A stretch of DNA of 63,992 nt, the filler included, from Sandaracinaceae bacterium (GTDB lineage: Bacteria; Myxococcota_A; Polyangia; Polyangiales; JADJQN01), in NCBI GenBank assembly GCA_947483975.1. It is 3 parts of 3 records of this genome, joined end to end, with 100 filler letters (N's around TTAATTAATTAA, not from the genome) between each part and the next. Parts side by side here need not be neighbours in the genome. Positions count along the whole stretch, not along the records: positions 27,409 to 54,406 come from CANKOL010000026.1; positions 54,507 to 63,992 come from CANKOL010000201.1; 1 more part is not named here. One strand, written 5' to 3'. Below, piece after piece: positions 54,274 through 63,992 of the stretch. Each line of letters opens with the position of its first letter. The stretch's first letter is position 1. The notes below the pieces were generated by a model. The model was not told the origin of the DNA, did not search any database, and was given only the letters and a program-made list of their open reading frames with translations. A program made the translations under genes and the position numbers.

Positions 54274-54406
54274 GTGGGCATCGATGGCAAGCAACGCCGT
54301 GTGACCGTGGTCGTCGTCCTCGTGACGCTCGGCCTGGTCTCGCTGTTCTTCGCCTCCGGGCTCACGCGCCTCGTCGCCGGGGCGCTCCTGCCCCTCGCGG
54401 CGGGCC
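54274..54406 (+). CDS. N-terminus of a membrane-anchored protein (possibly GspC-like), truncated by contig end
   Basis: GGGAGG then GTG; GIDGKQRR followed by a hydrophobic helix; product is a guess. Confidence 0.45.
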
Positions 54407-54506
54407 NNNNNNNNNNNNNNNNNNNNNNNNNNNNNNNNNNNNNNNNNNNNTTAATTAATTAANNNNNNNNNNNNNNNNNNNNNNNNNNNNNNNNNNNNNN
54501 NNNNNN
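54407..54506. other. Artificial contig linker
   Basis: 44 N + TTAATTAATTAA + 44 N. Confidence 0.98.
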
Positions 54507-57067
54507 CGAGCTGCGAGTTCAGCGACGCGCTCACCTGCACCGCGCACGGCGTCGTCGACGTGAGCGGCGCGTGCACCTGCGTCATCGGGTACGGCGGCGC
54601 CGACTGCACGACGCCGACGCTCTGGCAGGGGCTCGACGGCAGCTCTTGGGGAGTGCCGCACACGACGGCGCTCGGGCGCAGCTCCAACAACGGCTACGGC
54701 CTGAGCCAGACGGCGAACGTGTCCTCTCCCTCGCTGGTGCTCGACGCGAGCGACCGCCCGGTCGTCAGCTTCGCCACGGCGACGGGCGCGGGCGGGGTCT
54801 TCCTGCGTCAGTGGACCGGGACGCGCTGGGACGAGCTCGGCGGCTCATGGTCGAACGCGGAGGGGCTCGGCCTGCGCGGTTTCTCCACTATGGGTACGGC
54901 TGTGGGCCTCAGGCCGGACGGGAGCCCTTTCGTCGCGTGGCTCAGCAACTTGCGACCCGGCACCGACCCGTGGCTCGGCTACCTGCGAGGCTGGGACGGC
55001 AGCGCTTGGAGCGGGCTCGCGGGGTCTGATCTCGGGGCCACCGGCCCCCTCAACGTCGGGACGCCGCTCGGGAACGGCGGCGGCGTGGCCATGGCGACCG
55101 ATCCCGCAGGTCACCCTGTGGTCGCGTGGCAGCAGAACAGCAGCCCGGGCGGCATCGCCATCAAGCGCTGGGATGGCAGCGCGTGGGCGACCTACGGCGC
55201 GAGCCCCGCGCTGCCCGTGTCCGCGGCCGGGCACGTTCCGCGCGACGCCGCCCTCGCCCTCGACGCGGGGGGGAACCCCGTCGTCGCCTGGCAGGAGACC
55301 TTCGGTGCCGCCGGTTCCTGGACCGCACCGTTTCAGGTCTACCTGCGGCGCTGGAGCGGCAGCGCGTGGGTCGAGCTCGGCGGCTCCGCGTCGGCTGGCG
55401 GCGTGAGCAACACCGGCGTAGCGGCCTCGCCCCGGGTCGCGGTCGGCGCTGATGGCAGCGTCGTCGTCACCTGGTACGAGACGGTGGGCGCGGCGAACTA
55501 CGTCTACCTGAAGCGGTGGAACCCGGCGTCGGCTACCTGGAGCGAGCTGGCCGGGTCGGCGAGCGGAACGGGCGTCGCGGCGGGGGTGTATCCCCAGGTC
55601 GCGGTGGACGCCGCTGGCGTGCCGACGGTCGCCTATGTCTGCCTCAACGGAGACCGCGAAATCTGCCTCAAGCGCTGGAGCGGCGCGGCGTGGGTGGAGC
55701 TCGATGGGTCCGGGAGCGGCGGCGGGCTGAGCCATACGGGCCTGGCGACGTCCACTCTTCCGCAGCTGAGGCTCGACGCCGCGGGGCAGCCCGTGGTCGT
55801 CTGGACCGAGGACTTCGACACGGGCTGGATCGGCAGTCGCTCAATCTACGCGCGCCACTTCGATGGCACGCACTGGCAGAGCTACTGGGAGGGCACGCCT
55901 GCGCCGGCGGGGAGCGTCAGCGGCGACGACGCGAACGCCGCGACAGGGCCTGCCATGCAGCTGAACTCCATCGGCGCACCCGTGATCGCCTGGCAAGAGC
56001 AGGCACCGGGGGGCTTTTCGCTCCGGCTCAAGGCGTGGGACGGCGCGAGCTGGGCGGGCCTCGGCGCCTCGGCGACGACTGGGATCCTCGCGACCGGCAC
56101 GACCCGCAGCCCGAGCCAGACGCGAATCGCCCTCGACCCGCTCGATCGACCGGTCCTCGCGTGGGCGGACCAACGCTCTGGCAACTGGGACGTCTACCTG
56201 ACGCGCTGGGACGGCACGGCCTGGGCCGACCTCGGCGGCTCGTCCGCGCCCGGCGGCCTGAGCAACACACCGGCCATCTCCGCGAGTCCGGCCGTCGCGG
56301 TCGACAGCGCCAGCAACCCCATCGTCGCGTGGTCTGAGACCACGCCCGGAGGCACGGGGACCGACGTCTACGTCAAGCGCTGGAACGGGACAGCCTTCGT
56401 CGGGCTGGGAGGCTCGGCCACGGGCGCAGGGCTCAGCGGCACGCCCACTCTCTCGTCCTACGGCGGCGCGCAGGGGCTCGCGGTCGACGCGCTCGACCAC
56501 CCGTTCGTCGCGTGGCGCGAGGCCCTCGATGCGACGCACAGCGAGGTCTACCTGAAGGTGTGGGACGGCACCGGTTGGGTGGAGCTCGGCGGGTCCGCGA
56601 CGGCCGGCGGCGTGAGCCACGCAGGTGCGAGCGTCACCGCTCCGTGCCTCGCGCTCGACGCGGCGGGGCATCCTGTCATCGCCTGGAGCGACAGCCACGC
56701 GGGCGTCTACCAAGTGTACGGCGCCGCGTGGAACGGCACGGCGTGGCTGCCGTATGGCGCGACCGCCGTCAGCAGCGGGCCGCTCCCCGCGACGGTGAGC
56801 GGACTCAGCCTCGACGCGAGCGGCCGACCGATCGTCGTCTGGTCGGAGCAGATCGACAAGACGAACACCGAGCTCTACGCGCGCCGCTGGACCGGCAGCG
56901 CGTGGGTCGAGCACGGCCTCGCCTCCGCCTCGGGCGGCGGCATCAGCAACACGCTGACGCCCTCGACCACCGCCTCGGTCGCGGCGCGCGCGGGCATCAT
57001 CGGGATCGCCTGGCAGGACTGGAGCGTCGACAACATCGAGGCCTACTACCGGCAGATACCGCAGTGA
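54507..57067 (+). CDS. Large secreted protein with EGF-like domain and Trp-rich beta-propeller repeats (5' truncated)
   Basis: CTAHG..CTCVIGYGGADC; 13 repeats of PvvAW..vy.krWdGsaW..lgGs. Confidence 0.85.
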
Positions 57068-57198
57068 ATTCGGCGGCGGGGCGCTCTACGGGGCGCCCCG
57101 CTGCACCGCCGGGTCAGCGTGTGAGACGCTGACTCCAAGCGCGCGCTGCGATGCACCGACTCACGCCGCGGCGTGCGACGCGGCGCGCGACTCGCAGG

Positions 57199-58119
57199 CT
57201 AACAGCGAGGCGTGCCCGTGCCGGGCGGGCGCGTCGCGCGGGCGAGCGGCTCGGGGATCGGGCTCCAGCCGCGCACGGGCGCGAGGCGATTGACGTGCCG
57301 GCGCAGGAAGCCGGGGATGACCTCCTTGTGCGCGCGGTCGATGCGCTCGGGGTGCGCGATCGTGCGCATCATCCGCTCGTGCGTGAGGTTGCCGTACGCC
57401 TCCTTGAAGGCGGCCTCTTGCTCGGGCTTGTCGATCCACGCGTGAATGCCCGCGCGATCCGCCTCGGGATGGAAGAGCGTCGACTCGATGCCGGGGCCGA
57501 TGTGCACCGAGGTGATGCTCTCGCCCTTGTCGTGCACGTCGGGGCGGCTCTCCGCCGCGAGCACGGCGCCCGAGAGCGCGGCGAGCGTCTTCGCGTCCGG
57601 GTCGAGCGCGTCCCAGCTGCGGTGCTCGAACGCGAAGATGCGATCCTTGAACATCGCGAGCAGCGGGTGATTGCGGCCCGCGGCGGTCGTGTACTGCGGC
57701 TGCACGCCGAACTTCTTCTCCGGGCGCAGCACGAGGCGCGCGACGCGGAAGTGCATCACGACGAGCTCGAACGAGTAGCAGATGGGCATCAGCCCGGGCG
57801 CGTCCTCGCGGCCCTTGTCGTGCGCCTCGTAGAGATAGTCGAGGAAGTTGCTGTACGCGACGCCCCAAGGGGTGCCCTCGGAGTCGAACGGCGAGCCCGG
57901 ACCGCCGGACGACAGATAGAGGTCGTAGCCCGTCGGGATCGCGTCCGCCTTGTCACGCGGGGAGACGACGGTGAGCGCGATCGGCACGTCGGGGTTCGCA
58001 TAGCGAAGCTGACGCTCGAAGATCGCCATCGTCGCGTGCAAGCAACGGATCGCCTCGTTCTTGACGCCGGCGTTCATGTCGATGAGGCAGACACGAACAG
58101 GCGGGGGTGCAGCAGTCAT
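57199..58119 (-). CDS. Stand-alone class I glutamine amidotransferase-like protein
   Basis: SSGGPGSP, PICYSFE (Cys), LFHPE (His-Glu). Confidence 0.82.
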   Translation of the reverse strand: MTAAPPPVRVCLIDMNAGVKNEAIRCLHATMAIFERQLRYANPDVPIALTVVSPRDKADAIPTGYDLYLSSGGPGSPFDSEGTPWGVAYSNFLDYLYEAHDKGREDAPGLMPICYSFELVVMHFRVARLVLRPEKKFGVQPQYTTAAGRNHPLLAMFKDRIFAFEHRSWDALDPDAKTLAALSGAVLAAESRPDVHDKGESITSVHIGPGIESTLFHPEADRAGIHAWIDKPEQEAAFKEAYGNLTHERMMRTIAHPERIDRAHKEVIPGFLRRHVNRLAPVRGWSPIPEPLARATRPPGTGTPRC

Positions 58120-58274
58120 CTGAGGCGCGCGAGTCTACTGTATTTCGTCGTCGATGGCACGCTCTGGGGCGGCGTCCTCCGCGCTCGACCCGCACCCGGG
58201 GAGGCGAAGTGGCCGCTGGCGCGCGCGCCGGGGCGTGGAATCCTGCGCCGACTTTTTCACGCGAGGATGTCCCG

Positions 58275-59849
58275 ATGCTCCGGATTCGAATGAGCGCTTC
58301 GTTGGTCGCGGTGGCGGTGGTCGGCGTCGTGGGCTGCAGCGAGAGAGAGGCCGCGCGGCCGCTCCCTGACGCAGGGCTGTACGACAGCGGCTTCGACAGC
58401 GGGGCCGTGGTCGACGGCGGGCCGGTGCTCGACGCAGGACCCATGACGGACGGCGGATCGGTGACAGACGGCGGACCGATGCTCGACGGCGGACCGAGGG
58501 TCGATGGCGGGCCGACGTTCGACGGCGGGATGCTGTGCCCGGTCGCGACGCTCGGCTGCACCTCGGGCACCGTCATGGGGAACACGGCGTACGGCGCGAC
58601 GCGCGTGACCGACTGGAGCAGCTGCGGCGCGAGCGCGACGGACTACACGGGCGCCGAGTCGGCGTACACGTTCGCGACCGGGTCGGCGACGGCGCAGGGC
58701 GTGACGGTCGTCGCGCACCGCATTTCGTCGGCCGACGACTACGACCTCTTCGTCGTCGCGGGCGACACGACGACGTGCGACGGCGCGGGGATGTGCGCGG
58801 GCTCCAGCACGGACACCACCGCGGACGAGACCATCTCGTTCATGGCCGCTCCGGGCGAGAACTTCGCGGTCTACTACGACCGCTACACGGCCGGCCCGGG
58901 GACGACGACGTTCTCGCTCACCGTGACGTGCGCCCCCGTGTCGTGCGGCGACGGGGTCGTCGCCACGGGGTTCGAGGAGTGCGACGACGGCAACGTGGTC
59001 GCGGGCGACGGCTGCGACGACACCTGCGCGCTCGAGACGGGCTGGTCCTGCGCGGGCGCGCCGTCGGTGTGCGCGCTCGACTGCGGCAACGGCCTGATCG
59101 ACGCCATCGAAGACTGCGACGACGGCAACGTGGTCGCGGGCGACGGCTGCTCGGACACCTGCGTCGGCGAGCCCGGGTTCAGCTGCACCGGCGAGCCGTC
59201 GGTGTGCGCGCCGCTCTGTGGCGACGGTGCGCGCGACCTCGGCGAGCAGTGCGACGACGGCAACCGCGTCAGCGGCGACGGCTGCGGCGCGTGCGTGCTC
59301 GAGGCGAACTTCGGCTGCGTCAGCGAGCCGTCGATCTGCACGGCGTTCATGTGCGGCAATGGCGTGCTCCAAGGCGGCGAGTCGTGCGACGACGCGAACC
59401 TCGTCAGCGGCGACGGCTGCAACGCCGCCTGCAAGACGGAGACGTTCACCGCGACGGCCGCGCCTGGGGCCTCGGTCGTGCTGAGCGGGAACCTCGCGAT
59501 GTCGACGACGACGTTCGTGCGCCCGTACGCGGACTGCGTGTCGCTCGCCACGACGCCGGTCCACTATCAGGCGTTCGTCGTTCAGAACACGACGGCCACC
59601 GCGCAGACGCTGACGCTGACGGCCGCGTGGGGCGGCGACGGCTACCTCTTCGTCTACCAGCCCTCCCTCGCGCCGGCGTCACCCCTCGACCGCTGCCTCG
59701 TCGGAGACGACGACTTCGGCGGCACCGCCGGCAGTCAGATCGTCGGGCTCGTCATCCCGCCGGGCGAGCAACGCGTCGTCGTCGCCACGACCTACAGCGA
59801 CTCCGCCGCGTCGCTCGCGCCGTTCACCGTCACCGTCGCCACGCTCTGA
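58275..59849 (+). CDS. Lipoprotein with Myxococcus Cys-rich (DUF4215) repeats
   Basis: Lipobox VVGC; DGG linker; four CG[DN]G..E.CDD.N..GDGC..C repeats. Confidence 0.88.
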   Translation: MLRIRMSASLVAVAVVGVVGCSEREAARPLPDAGLYDSGFDSGAVVDGGPVLDAGPMTDGGSVTDGGPMLDGGPRVDGGPTFDGGMLCPVATLGCTSGTVMGNTAYGATRVTDWSSCGASATDYTGAESAYTFATGSATAQGVTVVAHRISSADDYDLFVVAGDTTTCDGAGMCAGSSTDTTADETISFMAAPGENFAVYYDRYTAGPGTTTFSLTVTCAPVSCGDGVVATGFEECDDGNVVAGDGCDDTCALETGWSCAGAPSVCALDCGNGLIDAIEDCDDGNVVAGDGCSDTCVGEPGFSCTGEPSVCAPLCGDGARDLGEQCDDGNRVSGDGCGACVLEANFGCVSEPSICTAFMCGNGVLQGGESCDDANLVSGDGCNAACKTETFTATAAPGASVVLSGNLAMSTTTFVRPYADCVSLATTPVHYQAFVVQNTTATAQTLTLTAAWGGDGYLFVYQPSLAPASPLDRCLVGDDDFGGTAGSQIVGLVIPPGEQRVVVATTYSDSAASLAPFTVTVATL

Positions 59850-59936
59850 GGCCCACGCGCCGACGAGCGGTTCCGGGCGGGCTTGCGCGTTCCCGCGTGC
59901 GTCGCCGTCCTCAGCACGTTACAAGCCCGTTCTTCG

Positions 59937-61070
59937 ATGCCCTCGCACAGCAAGCACCCTGCCCGCCCGGTCGCCACGCGCCTCGTCACCGACACTCGCT
60001 TCACCGGGCGCGGCGTCACGATCGCGTTCCTCGACTCGGGCTTCTACGCGCACCCGGATCTCACCGCGACGCGCCACCGCATCAAGGCGCACCACGACGT
60101 CACCACCGGCGTGACGCTCAAGCGCGCGGTGCCGCGGCCCGACGTCTCCTCGTGGCACGGCATGATGACCTCGGTCGTCTGCGCGGGTGACGGCTCGCTC
60201 TCCGGCGGCAGATACCGCGGGCTCGCGTCGGAAGCCGACCTCGTGCTCGTCAAGGTCGGGACCTCCGCGCGCATCCGGCACGAGGACATCCAGAAGGGCC
60301 TCGAGTGGATCCGCGCGAACCGCGAGACCTTCGACATCAAGGTCGCCAACATCTCCTGCGGCGGCGACTGGGAGGCCAGCTACCTCACCGACCCGCTCTC
60401 GCGCATCGCCGAAGACTGCGTGCGCGAAGGCATCGTCGTCGTCGCGGCGGCGGGCAACTCCGGCGATCAGCGCGCGCACAAGGTGCTCCCCCCGGCCAAC
60501 TCGCCCGCGGTGCTCACCGTCGGCGGGCTCGACGACGCCAAGCACGGTCAGCTCGATCGGCGCGGGCTCTATCACTCGTCGCACGGCCCGACGATCGACG
60601 GCTTGCAGAAGCCCGAGATCATCGCGCCCGCGATCTGGGTCGCCGCGCCGATCCTGCCGGGCACTCCGACGGCGGAGCAAGCGAAGCTGATCGCCGACCT
60701 CTCGCGCACCGAGGACGACGACACGCTGCGCGCGATCCTGCACGCGACGCACGGCGTCGACGCGGAGCTCGACGCGCTCCGAGACGCGCCGGGAGCTGCG
60801 CTGCGCAGCCTCGTCGAGCTCAAGCGGCGCGATCAGAAGGTGATCAACGAGCACTACAAGCACGTCGACGGGACGAGCTTCGCGGCGCCGATCGTGAGCT
60901 CGGTGGTCGCGCAGCTCCTCGAGGCGTGCCCGACGCTGACGCCGATGCAGATCAAGCGCCTGCTGATCGACACCGCCAAGCGCATCGACGACGTCAGCCC
61001 CGACAAGCAGGGCTGGGGCGTGGTTCAGCCCGCCGCCGCGCTCGAGCTCGCGCTCAGCCTGAAGCGCTGA
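59937..61070 (+). CDS. Subtilisin-family (S8) serine peptidase, AprX-like
   Basis: AFLDSG, WHGMMT, AAAGNSG, DGTSFAAP; no signal peptide. Confidence 0.92.
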   Translation: MPSHSKHPARPVATRLVTDTRFTGRGVTIAFLDSGFYAHPDLTATRHRIKAHHDVTTGVTLKRAVPRPDVSSWHGMMTSVVCAGDGSLSGGRYRGLASEADLVLVKVGTSARIRHEDIQKGLEWIRANRETFDIKVANISCGGDWEASYLTDPLSRIAEDCVREGIVVVAAAGNSGDQRAHKVLPPANSPAVLTVGGLDDAKHGQLDRRGLYHSSHGPTIDGLQKPEIIAPAIWVAAPILPGTPTAEQAKLIADLSRTEDDDTLRAILHATHGVDAELDALRDAPGAALRSLVELKRRDQKVINEHYKHVDGTSFAAPIVSSVVAQLLEACPTLTPMQIKRLLIDTAKRIDDVSPDKQGWGVVQPAAALELALSLKR

Positions 61071-61929
61071 CAGTCGGCGCCACGGGGGGCGGCGCCGTCG
61101 CGGCGATCAGCGTCGCGCACACGACGAGCCCGCCGCCCGCCGCGAGCTGCCAGCGCCACAGATCGCGCCCGAGCGCGAGCGAGAACACCGCCGCGTACAC
61201 GGGCTCGAGCGTGTAGATGACGCTCGCCTCGACGGCGGGCATGGTCCCCTGCGCGTTCGTCATCACCGTGAAGCTCAGCGCGGAGCAGATGACGCCGAGG
61301 TACGCGACGACGAGCAGCGTCCCCGGCGCGAAGTCGAAGGTCAGCGTGTCGAAGACGAGCGCGCACGGGACGGCGAGCACGGCGATGCCGAGCGTCTGCG
61401 CGAGCACGAGCGTCTGCACATCGTGCGTCGGAGCCACCCTGGAGAGCGCGAAGACGTAGTAACCGAAGGAGATCGCGGAGAGCACGGTCAGCGTGTCGCC
61501 GAGGCGCCACTCGAGCCCGACGGGATGAAAGAGCGCGAACACGCCGAGCGCGGCGACGCTGACCGAGACGAGCAGGCGCGGGCGCGGCGCGCGGCGGGTG
61601 TGCAGCAGCTCGAACGCCGGCACGAACACCACCATCAGCGAGGAGAGGAACGCCGAGCGCGCCGGCGTGGTCGTCTGCAAGCCGAACGTCTGCAGGCCGA
61701 AGCTCAGCACCATCGTCAGCGTCAGCGGGAGCGCGGCGCGCGTCGCGCGGAGCGCAGGCAGGAGCGAGCGCGGGCGCCACAGCACGAGCACGACGGACGC
61801 GACGGCGAAGCGCGCGGCGATCAGCACGAACGGGCTCGCCCCGCCGAGCCCCGCCTCGATGACGACGAACGTCGAGCCCCAGATCGCGGTCAAGAGCGCC
61901 AGCGCGATGCGCGCGCGCGGGAGGCTCAC
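61054..61929 (-). CDS. EamA/DMT family transporter
   Basis: IWGSTFVV, ARFAVA, GLQTTT, GDTLT, YTLEPVYA; GTGA overlap with MMPL stop. Confidence 0.9.
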   Translation of the reverse strand: MSLPRARIALALLTAIWGSTFVVIEAGLGGASPFVLIAARFAVASVVLVLWRPRSLLPALRATRAALPLTLTMVLSFGLQTFGLQTTTPARSAFLSSLMVVFVPAFELLHTRRAPRPRLLVSVSVAALGVFALFHPVGLEWRLGDTLTVLSAISFGYYVFALSRVAPTHDVQTLVLAQTLGIAVLAVPCALVFDTLTFDFAPGTLLVVAYLGVICSALSFTVMTNAQGTMPAVEASVIYTLEPVYAAVFSLALGRDLWRWQLAAGGGLVVCATLIAATAPPPVAPTVSASG

Positions 61930-63992
61930 GCGCGCGGCCCGCTCTCCACGGGTGGCTTCGCGCGCCCGAAGCGCGCAGAGAGCGCCGCCGGCATCACGAG
62001 CAGCGCGGCCGTCGTGCACGCGAACTCACCGGCGATCGCGTAGCGGCCGAACGACTGCAGCGCGAGGTTGTCGGCGAAGAGCAGCGAGCCGTAGCCGAGC
62101 ATCGTCGTCAGCGAGCAGAGGAACACCGCCCCGCCGACCGAGCGCACGCCCTCGGCGATGTCCGCGCGCGTCACCTCGAGCGCGCCGTCCTTGCTGCCAG
62201 CGCGCTCCCAGGCGGAGTGCCGGATGCGCTCGAAGAGGTTGATCGCGTACTCGATGCCGATGCCGAAGGTCAGCGGCAGCGCGACGAAATTCAGGAAGTT
62301 GAGGCGCACATCGAGCCACGCCGCGCCGCCCACCATCCAGAGCACGCCGGCGACGAGCGAGCCGAGCACCGAGAGGATCGGCGCGAGCCGACGCGAGACG
62401 ATCAGCGACACGAACACGACGACGAGGAACGCGATCAGCGTCACGCGCGGGCTGTCGCGCTCGAGCGAGCGCACCATCTCGGCGAAGATCGCCGCGCGGC
62501 TCGCGTTGGGCACGACCTCGTGCCGCGCGTCCCGCACGCCGTCGAGGATGTCGCTGATCTTCAGCAGGTTCTCGCCGCGGCTCTGCGAGATCCCGCGCTG
62601 CAAGGACACGAAGACGGCGGTGCCGTCGCGCCCATCTTTTTCACGGAAGCGCTCGCGCACCAGGTTCGGCAGATCCGCCGCCGTGAGCACGCGCAGGTAC
62701 TCGGGCGGGCGCCAGCGCGCCGCAATCTCGCGCTCGTCGGCGGGGAGATGCGGCGCGACGTGATCGAGGTGATCGCGGATCAGCTCGAGCAGCTCGAGCT
62801 TGTGCGTGACCGCCTCCGGCGTGCCGCCGAGCGCGTCCCAGATCGTCTCGACCTTCTCGACGAAGCGACCGCCCGTGACGCGCTGGTCGCTCGCGAGGAC
62901 GGCGGCGGCGATGCCGCTGACCTCGGAGACGTCGCGCGCGAGCAGGAGCTGCGGCGCGCCGCGCGTGCGCAGCACGTCGTTGCTGCGCTTGCTCCACTGC
63001 CCCGCGCCGCGCTCGGAGCTCGACTTCGAGCGGAGCTTGGAGAAGTCGTACTCCCACGGGTTCGCGAGGTACTTCTTGAGCGGGACCGCCGCGGCGAGCG
63101 AGAGCAGCGCGGCGAGCGCGACGATGGGCCACGCGTAGGCGGTGGTCACGCGGCCGACGAGCTGCGCGATCGGCGCGCGCTCCGGCGCGGGGACGGGCGA
63201 GCTCCGGCTCGTCGCGGAGCGGAAGCGGGCGCGCAGGCGCTCGATGAGCGAGATCGACGCGGGCGAGATCAGGAAGGTCGCGACCCAGCACGCGAGCATG
63301 CCGACGCCGCCGATCAGCCCGAACTCGCTGAAGCCGCGGAAGGACGTCAGCAGGAGCGCGCCGTACGCGCCGCTCGCCGCGAGCGACGCGAGCCAGGTGC
63401 CGCTGCGACAGGTCTCGGCGGCGTCGACGAGCGCGGCCTCGACGGAGTCGCCCGCGCCGCGGCGCTCGCGATAGCGCGCGTAGTAGACGATGCCGTAGTT
63501 GATGCCGTTGCCGAAGATGATCGAGCCGAGGAAGCTCGTCGCGGCGTTGAGGTGCCCGTACGCGCCCATCGCGACGGCGAACGCGACGCCGCCGCCCGTG
63601 AACACCGCGAGCCCGATGTGCACGAGCACGAGCGGCGAACGGAAGAACAGCACGATCGAGAGAAGCACGAGCAAGATGGCAATACTGGAGACGGTGGTGA
63701 TGTCGTCTTGCAGCGCCTGCCGCTCGGCGATGGCGTTCGGGATGTCGCCCGCGAAGCCGATCTCCACGCTCGCGGGCAAGCGCGCGCGCTGCGCCGCGAC
63801 GATGCGCTGCACGGACGCGTAGAGCTTGTCGCCGCGCGAGTCGCCGAAGCCGGCGCTCGGCGAGCGCACGACGAGCACGAAGGTGTGCCCCGCCTCGTCG
63901 CGGAAGTAGCCCGTGGGGAACTGGTCGCGCGCGGCGAGCTCCGCCTGGGCGCGGCGGTCGAAGGCGCGGAGGGCCGACTCGCCCGGGATGGC
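61926..63992 (-). CDS. MMPL/RND family transporter (HpnN-like), 5' end beyond window
   Basis: GNGINYGI, FRGFSEFGLIGGVG, LTFGIGIEY, CSLTTMLGYGSL. Confidence 0.88.
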   Translation of the reverse strand, partial: AIPGESALRAFDRRAQAELAARDQFPTGYFRDEAGHTFVLVVRSPSAGFGDSRGDKLYASVQRIVAAQRARLPASVEIGFAGDIPNAIAERQALQDDITTVSSIAILLVLLSIVLFFRSPLVLVHIGLAVFTGGGVAFAVAMGAYGHLNAATSFLGSIIFGNGINYGIVYYARYRERRGAGDSVEAALVDAAETCRSGTWLASLAASGAYGALLLTSFRGFSEFGLIGGVGMLACWVATFLISPASISLIERLRARFRSATSRSSPVPAPERAPIAQLVGRVTTAYAWPIVALAALLSLAAAVPLKKYLANPWEYDFSKLRSKSSSERGAGQWSKRSNDVLRTRGAPQLLLARDVSEVSGIAAAVLASDQRVTGGRFVEKVETIWDALGGTPEAVTHKLELLELIRDHLDHVAPHLPADEREIAARWRPPEYLRVLTAADLPNLVRERFREKDGRDGTAVFVSLQRGISQSRGENLLKISDILDGVRDARHEVVPNASRAAIFAEMVRSLERDSPRVTLIAFLVVVFVSLIVSRRLAPILSVLGSLVAGVLWMVGGAAWLDVRLNFLNFVALPLTFGIGIEYAINLFERIRHSAWERAGSKDGALEVTRADIAEGVRSVGGAVFLCSLTTMLGYGSLLFADNLALQSFGRYAIAGEFACTTAALLVMPAALSARFGRAKPPVESGPRA

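Noticed and set aside
61054..61070. Convergent 17-nt overlap of the peptidase and DMT genes
   Set aside because: Short 3' overlaps are common in GC-rich genomes

Overview
Very GC-rich bacterial DNA, most consistent with a myxobacterium (Myxococcota, Polyangiales-like). Supporting features are a MYXO-CTERM protein, Cys-rich/DUF4215 repeats, PEGA and IgGFc-binding proteins and a eukaryotic-like Ser/Thr kinase. The window is three contigs joined by artificial N44-TTAATTAATTAA-N44 linkers (27309-27408, 54407-54506), so adjacency across them is not biological. It holds about 50 genes. These include an AmmeMemoRadiSam triad, scpB, a flap endonuclease, gpx, a lipid-handling cluster, ppgK, OPT and NCS1 transporters, murI, clpP, two signalling operons, an aldB/acoR pair, a decaying PIN toxin-antitoxin pair among gene fragments, many secreted Cys-rich proteins and a partial MMPL transporter. 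The best hidden signal is a complete SAM-I (S-box) riboswitch at 39699-39814. Its P1 helix covers the Shine-Dalgarno of an unrecognisable 219-aa ORF, suggesting an unknown SAM-responsive gene. Other signals: three sigma54 promoters each exactly 13 nt upstream of a start codon (one revealing an unannotated 28-aa membrane peptide), widespread TANNNT boxes just before start codons, a dispersed intergenic CCGACCRAGGTTG motif, and tandem repeats built on stop codons. All family calls come from motif recognition by eye; no database searches were run.
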